Below, piece by piece: positions 57,041-64,000 of a stretch of DNA of 64,000 nucleotides. The stretch covers positions 10,850,001-10,914,000 of the forward strand of contig NC_091482.1 in NCBI RefSeq assembly GCF_036971445.1, written 5' to 3'. Each line of letters begins with the position of its first letter. Positions within the stretch are counted from its first letter, which is position 1. The position numbers were made by a program, and so were the translations under genes. The stretch is from Narcine bancroftii. Its lineage: Eukaryota. Below the pieces are notes generated by a model, which worked only from the letters and a program-made list of their open reading frames with translations, made no database searches and was not told the origin of the DNA.

Positions 57041-58501
57041 TCTATTTAGTAGATTATACTAAATAGAATAATACCTAGTGTCGCCGAGAATATTCTCCCA
57101 GAATCACAGTGCGGCTTTCGCACAAACAGAGGAACTACTGACATGGTCTTTGCCCTCAGACAGCTCCAAGAAAAGTGCAGAGAACAAAACAAAGGACTCT
57201 ACATCACCGTTGTTGACCTCACCAAAGCCTTCGACACCGTGAGCAGGAAAGGGCTTTGGCAAATACTAGAGCGCATCGGATGTCCCCCAAAGTTCCTCAA
57301 CATGATTATCCAACTGCACGAAAACCAACAAGGTCGGGTCAGATACAGCAATGAGCTCTCTGAACCCTTCTCCATTAACAATGGCGTGAAGCAAGGCTGT
57401 GTTCTCGGACCAACACTCTTTTCAATCTTCAGCATGATGCTGAACCAAGCCATGAAAGACCCCAACAATGAAGACGCTGTTTACATCCGGTACCGCACGG
57501 ATGGCAGTCTCTTCAATCTGAGGCGCCTGCACGCTCACACCAAGACACAAGCTCTTCAGCGCTTGACGTCCTGCTTTGCGGAAACTGCCAAAATGTTTGG
57601 CCTGGATGTCAGCCTGAAGAAAACTGAGGTCCTCCATCAGCCAGCTCCCCACCATGACTACCAGCCCCCCCACATCTCCATCGGGCACACAAAACTCAAA
57701 ACGGTCAACCAGTTTACCTATCTCGGCTGCACCATTTCATCAGATGCAAGGATCGACAATGAGATAGACAACAGACTCGCCAAGGCAAATAGCGCCTTTG
57801 GAAGACTACACAAAAGAGTCTGGAAAAACAACCAACTGAAAAACCTCACAAAGATAAGCGTATACAGAGCCGTTGTCATACCCACACTCCTGTTCGGCTC
57901 CGAATCATGGGTCCTCTACCGGCATTACCTACGGCTCCTAGAACGCTTCCACCAGCGTTGTCTCCGCTCCATCCTCAACATCCATTGGAGCGCTTTCATC
58001 CCTAACGTCGAAGTACTTGAGATGGCAGAGGTCGACAGCATCGAGTCCACGCTGCTGAAGATCCAGCTGCGCTGGGTGGGTCACGTCTCCAGAATGGAGG
58101 ACCATCGCCTTCCCAAGATCGTGTTATATGGCGAGCTCTCCACTGGCCACCGTGACAGAGGTGCACCAAAGAAGAGGTACAAGGACTGCCTAAAGAAATC
58201 TCTTGGTGCCTGCCACATTGACCACCGCCAGTGGGCTGATATCGCCTCAAACCGTGCATCTTGGCGCCTCACAGTTTGGCGGGCAGCAACCTCCTTTGAA
58301 GAAGACCGCAGAGCCCACCTCACTGACAAAAGGCAAAGGAGGAAAAACCCAACACCCAACCCCAACCAACCAATTTTCCCCTGCAGCCGCTGCAACCGTG
58401 TCTGCCTGTCCCGCGTCGGACTTGTCAGCCACAAACGAGCCTGCAGCTGACGTGGACTTTTACCCCCTCCATAAATCTTCGTCCGCGAAGCCAAGCCAAA
58501 G
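57041..58501 (+). mobile_element. 5'-truncated RTE-clade LINE with a 15-bp TSD
   Basis: TSD ATATGTGTTCTTGTT (57026-57040 and 58502-58516). Motifs PESQCGFR, DLTKAFD, GVKQGCVL, FTYLG and C-terminal CSRC..H..C; GCCAA-type 3' end. Confidence 0.92.
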
Positions 58502-60149
58502 ATATGTGTTCTTGTTCATAGTTGGTTGAAAGTGACAGGCCAGATTGATAAAGTGATTTTAAAAAAAAAAAACAAGTACAGTCTCCTGTTTAAAGAATGG
58601 AGTACAAAAGTAGGAGGTCATAATGAATCTCCATGAAACATTGGTTCAGCCACAACTGGAGTATTTCTGAGTATCACACTCCGGGAAAGATTGAAGGTTA
58701 TTTGAAAGATGTAAAAGGGGCACATTTCAATGATCCCCAAGATCAAGGACCTTTGGTAAAGTGCTTTAGATTGTTCTTAACTTTGGAAAGGAGGAGGCTG
58801 ATTAGGGAATTGGATAGAGCTATTTAAAACGACGAAGGATATAAACTTAGCATGGCTACATGGGATGAATAGTCTCCTGCCTTATTCATAGAACTGAAAT
58901 AAGGTACATCGATAAGTGAATAATTTGTGGCAAATTATAGCAGTATGTTTCAGAACAATTTCAGGAACAGATCACAGCTTTTTGGCTTCTTAAAACTTTC
59001 ATTTGTAGTTTAATCATTGCCTTGAGAAAACTGTAATCGGGGAAATGAACGTGGATTTTGAAGAGAATATTGATAGCCTTTGTCGGCATGTCCTGATGAA
59101 AAATGTGATTTGTATTCAGATAAGTTTTCTTGTATTAATCTTCATAGAGGATTTTGATCATACTTACTCCAATTGTTTTATTGCTCCCTGAAAAGGGAGC
59201 ATAATCTATCTAGTATGTTGCAGGAAACATTCAGTAATCTGTATCACCTAAAAGTTTTATTTAAACTGTGCTGTGCCTTTTTCAGGATCTGTGAAATGAG
59301 ACAGGTACTGATAGGCAATTTGTGTACCAGAGTGACTGCAGGAGAACGGGACAAAATATGTGGGGAAAGAGCTACTTCTCTTTCTCTGCTTTGATTTAAA
59401 AAAAATCCTCGAGAAACTGAAATAATATCTATCACTTCAGTTTGCATATAGGTCTGCTTTTCTCGTGTATTCCTCTTCCTGAGGTTCTTCTGGTTCTAAT
59501 CTGTTATTTTGATGTGCTCTACTCATGAGTTTTCTGCAACTCTTTGCTCTCTCATAAGGAATAAAAATATAAGTCATCATATGAATTCATTATTCAGTGA
59601 GGTCATGATTAATCATATGCTTTCCTATCCCATTCCTTTGTTGATGGAAAAGTGTTTTGATATCAGCCTTGAATACACGCCACACTATAGCATCCATGCT
59701 CCCTTTTCCAGTGACTTACACTCTTGTACGAGTAAATGATTCCTTGTTTCAGATTTAAATGTCAGACTTCTTATCCAGAGGTTAAAGATTGGCCAATGCA
59801 ATGGTGAGAAACAAGTGGTCCATGAGGTGCAGAAAGTAAATATGCAGGACCACAAAGTGAAATTGTTCCTGACAGATCTATCATGTGGGAGAGTGGCAGG
59901 AAGTTTTGCCCGTTACTGCGTTCATTTGGTCAAGGGTCTGCAGAATTAGCTCCTTGCTGATACTAGCACATGATCCTGCTTTTCCTTGGTCACCGTGAAC
60001 TACAGTCTAGTGGCTTGGAGAAGAGTTCACTTATTGGCACTATCTGCTTATTTGGGGTACCCATACAATGATATTTAAGAGTACATTGAAATGGGATCAA
60101 ACTGCATCATTTTGGAATAAGGATAATTAAGCTATTGGCATTCAGGATT

Positions 60150-60895
60150 GCAGATAACATCTGCATAGTAGACTGGATCTCAAACAATAACAAAAAGAAG
60201 TACAGGAAGGAGAATGAATCTAGTAGCAAGGTATTAGGACATCGATCTCTCACTCAGTATCAGTAAATGACATCAACTTTCAGGAAGAAGGGTGGAGCAC
60301 AAGCGCCCATCTGAATGAATTATGCTGAGATGGAGATGGTGGAGAGAATCATATTTCTAGGTTCCAGAATCACCAACGATTTGTTCTGGTCCAATCACAT
60401 TGACACCATCATTTCCTCAGAAGCTGAAGGAAATTCAGCATGTTTCCAATGTTTCTTGCCAACTTTTATTGATGTACCATAGGAAGTATCCTGTCTGGAT
60501 GCGTCGCAGCTTGATGTGGGAGCTATTCTGCCCCCAAGGACAAGAAACTGCAGAGTTGTGAGCACAAACTATCTTCAACTCTGTCCACAGCTCTTGGTGT
60601 CTTGGAAAAGCAGCCAATATATTACTGGACCCTTACCACCTGGTCACATTCAATTAGTTTGAATCGCATGCTACCATATTCAAGAACTATCCCACTGTTT
60701 CCAGAATCTTGCCCAGAGATTTCATAAGTAAAAGATGATCCCTTGATCTCACAATCCCAATCTCATCGCACTGTTTTAACTGAACTTTTCTCTGAAACAC
60801 TTCTACTCTACACTTTTGTTTTACTTTTGCACTACTTTTTAACTGGCCTGGATTATTTTGCACTGTAACCTGATACACATGATAATAAATGAACA
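60150..60895 (+). mobile_element. Degenerate Rex1/Babar-like LINE 3' portion
   Basis: FLGSRITNDLFW..LRKFSM..IGSILSGC..KKLQS, with an A-rich tail. Boundaries approximate. Confidence 0.5.
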
Positions 60896-61394
60896 AATAA
60901 TCTCACCAGTGAGAAGGTACAACAATGCACCATGATCGCCTGCCTCTCAAATATTCCTCCACCTGACTAGAGGATCATTGCTGCTTATCGAGGTTAAGGT
61001 ACCTCGACCTCTGGATATTGTCCAGTTAAATATTCCATAAATTGACCATTTCTATCACAGCTCGACAGATGTTAAAATTGCAAATGGAAATGTGTAACTG
61101 GTGCAAACCATTCTAGATTTTGAATGTGGATATTTATTACCAATAAATCTCATGATAATTTGGTTTATAATGATTAATGCAGCATTGCGCCATGTTATTA
61201 CAGTTTCCTTTCTTAAAGGACGTAAGTGAACAAATTGAGTTCAATGTTTTTAGTTCGATACAAAATTCACATTCTTTTGAATATATTGAAGTTAATTTAA
61301 TCGCTATGACCCTTAGTTACCAGGATGCAAAGTGCCCAGTCCTCGTGGTTTTGGACTCCTCATATAGGCAAAAAATGTGTTGGAGAGGGTTCAG

Positions 61395-61826
61395 AGGAGG
61401 TTCATCTGGATGATTCTGAGAATGTCAGGGTTATCATGTGAGGAGGATCTGACTGCTCTGTATTTGTTGGAATTTAGGAGAAGGAGTGGGGGGATCTCAT
61501 CGAAACATCTTGGATGTTGAAAGATGTGGACAGAGTAGATGTAGAAAGGTTGTTTCCCATGGTGGGAGAGTATAGGATAAGAGGGCACATCAGAATTAAA
61601 GGGTGTTTGCTTAGAACAGTTGAGGAAGGATTTCTTTAGCCAGAGGGTGGCAAATCTAAGGAATACGTTGCCACAGGTGGTTGAGGAGTGTATTGCAGGC
61701 AGAGATTGATAGGTTCTTGATTGGCCAGGTAGGCACTGAGTTTGAAAATGGATCAGCAAATGATTAAAAGGAAGGCCAGTCTTGATGGACCAAATAATCT
61801 ATTTCTGCTCCAATGTCTTATGGTCT
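61395..61826 (+). mobile_element. CR1 LINE 3' fragment
   Basis: GGAATTTAGGAG...TTCTTTAGCCAGAGGGTGG...TGTCTTATGGTCT. Confidence 0.7.
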
Positions 61827-64000
61827 ATGCCAGATCCAAATGAAGATGTTTCCTTTAGTCCAGTGATTATGTCTGTATATGTGCATCATTGCATGTAGTT
61901 GTTAGAAACAGAAGTACCTTCATAGAAATTGCTCGAGACAAAAATTGAGAACAAAGAACATTTATTATACAACATACACTTCCCCTTACACTGGGGCTCA
62001 CCCAACTTTTATACAGTTGATTTCAGTATAGGAATACCCTCCCCCTTACATTCTTCTGCCTCCTGGATGAGTTTGGCATTAGGCAATCCTGCCTGCCTAC
62101 GTGCTGTTTCTGTGAACTTGGAGGACCAGGGGTATCCTGTCGGTGTCTCATCATGTCATTATCCTTATTCACAAACCTGCCTTTGTTCTAATTCACACCT
62201 TCCCGACTCTCAGGGCTACAACCTCTTCATATGCAGAACTTGCTAATACTGTCTCGCTTACTAATTAAATATGCGGAACTTGCTGATTCTGTCTAAAAGG
62301 CTAGAAGACCCTTATCTTATTCAGACTAACTCTACTTCCTACATTCTAATATCTATTCTTATCCTATTCTTACTGGATTTATTCATTTACCCATATATCT
62401 ATATTAGTTTCCTCATCTTCATATTTTTAGATCAGTTTTACTCATCTCTCACAATCCTCACTTTTCTTTTGGTTTATTCTTTTAATGTAAAAGTAATTGG
62501 CCTCAAATGTGATTATCAAAATCATATATTGAATCCTGATGGTGGTCAGTTCTGTGGTAGACTCTATCAGTCTGGTAGTTGTTGTGAATGTTCCTTCTGT
62601 TGCATTTGTGAGGATGGCAATATTGGAGAATGAAACCATCTATCTACAGTTCCAGAATAATTGATTAAATTGTTTTAACTCTCTCAGGTTGATTGCTACA
62701 TTGAACACCTTCTAGTATTTATTTATTAGAAATCATTACTTCCGAATTGTCAGTAGATTGGCTGTTGTGTTGCAGTGAGAGCTCTCTTAGTTTCTACTTG
62801 TCCCTTAGATTAGCCATTCTGAACAGGGGCCATACAGCACCCCCCTCCCTGTGCCCACACCACATTTAAAGGTGGCGGAGGGGGGGGCATGGATGGAAAC
62901 CATAAAATATTTGTTTCTTATGCTGGTATGAGAAAAGTATGGAAGAAACCAACTGAATGTGACTGCTTCACAGGGAAGGGGGCCCATAAAGCTTGAGCAG
63001 AGTCCTAAAGGCGCCACAGCCAAAATAAAGGTTGCGAATGTCTGCCTTAGATTAGTTGGCAGGGTAAGAGACCTCCTTTAGATTTCACTGAGTCATTGGG
63101 ATGTCAGATCTTGTATAATTTATGATAATGTCCTGTAATTTCAGGTGGTTGATTCAGCTTGCAGGTGCAAAATCCTGGTTGTATTCTTCAGTGAATATCA
63201 GTTGGTGTTTGCTTAGCTTCATTGCAGTAAATTTGCAGCCCGAAGACATTGCAAGGTTATGCAAAAAAAAATGCACATAATTTTTGTTTTCTAATAATTC
63301 CTGTGCAACAGTATGATCAAATACAGCCAATGGAAGAATGATTTGCAAACTTGGGATTACTTATTTTTCTGACTCCTGGTTTATTGCATTAGCGTTCTAA
63401 TGCACGATTCCATGAGATTGCCATTCTTCATCTGTGAATCCATACATTTTGTGCCAATTTTCTGCTTGATCATTGCCCAGCAGAAACACAATAAATGGGT
63501 ACCATTTTAGAAAGTCTAGTTTGAACAATTGTACTCTTATTGTTTCTCCATGGTAGATTAATTAACATGGTTCTTGATCTCCTTGATGCATGTTCTTCAA
63601 GTCTACACTAGGTCATAATTTACCAACAACCTTAAGAGGGTTTAATATTTTAGACCAAACACTCCCCAATCAGAAATGTGAACTCTGTTTCTCTTTCCAG
63701 CCTGACCTGCTGAGCATTTTCAGTATTATTTGCTTTTGTATCATATTTCTGGTGTATTATTTAGTTTTCATTAAGATAGGTGCTCTATTTTGACAATTTA
63801 GATTTGTGGCAGCAATGAAAGTTGAATTTTGTTGATCTCAGTGACTCGGTTTAGCAAGAATTCTTTACATTTCTTTAAGGAAATAAAATTTCAAACCTCG
63901 ATCCACTTTCTGTTCTTTAGCTAGCACTTCTTTAGTTTACACCAATAACTGCCATATGCGTCATACTTTAACTGAAGTAAATGCTCTCGGTATCTGGCAT

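Noticed and set aside
63385-63404. Hairpin TGCATTAG-CGTT-CTAATGCA
   Set aside because: An 8-bp stem is expected by chance in 64 kb and has no supporting context.
55112-64000. HEATR6 exon 2
   Set aside because: No AG-flanked segment encoding the expected DVxxLLVQAC/LVPL-like sequence was found. Candidates such as 59286 hit stops at once, so the exon probably lies beyond the window.

Overview
64 kb of eukaryotic genomic DNA. Its repeat content (V-SINE/HE1-like SINEs, CR1, Rex1/Babar, Penelope, RTE, L1/Tx1) points to a cartilaginous fish; this is an inference. Three host genes are recognisable. SRSF1 lies on the - strand with 4 coding exons (13911-11118), two +1 G homopolymer frameshifts that are probably assembly errors, and a GGA-rich 3'UTR with an NMD-type intron. 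DYNLL2 lies on the + strand with 2 coding exons (89 aa) and has Phe at residue 41. Only exon 1 of HEATR6 (+) is present. HEATR6 intron 1 holds an 8.3-kb antisense class I (gamma-like, HERV-I/IP-like) endogenous retrovirus. It has identical 476-bp LTRs, a tRNA-Pro PBS, a PPT, an open pol, one frameshift each in gag and env, and a predicted readthrough pseudoknot after the gag UAG. Other notable elements are a full-length, TSD-flanked L1 derivative that keeps ORF1 but has lost almost all of ORF2 (HAL1-like), a hAT fossil abutting the SRSF1 promoter, a 5'-truncated RTE with TSD, a ~500-bp-arm inverted repeat, a 5S rRNA-derived fragment and two assembly gaps. Boundaries of old repeat relics are approximate, and comparisons with other species are from recall, not from searches.
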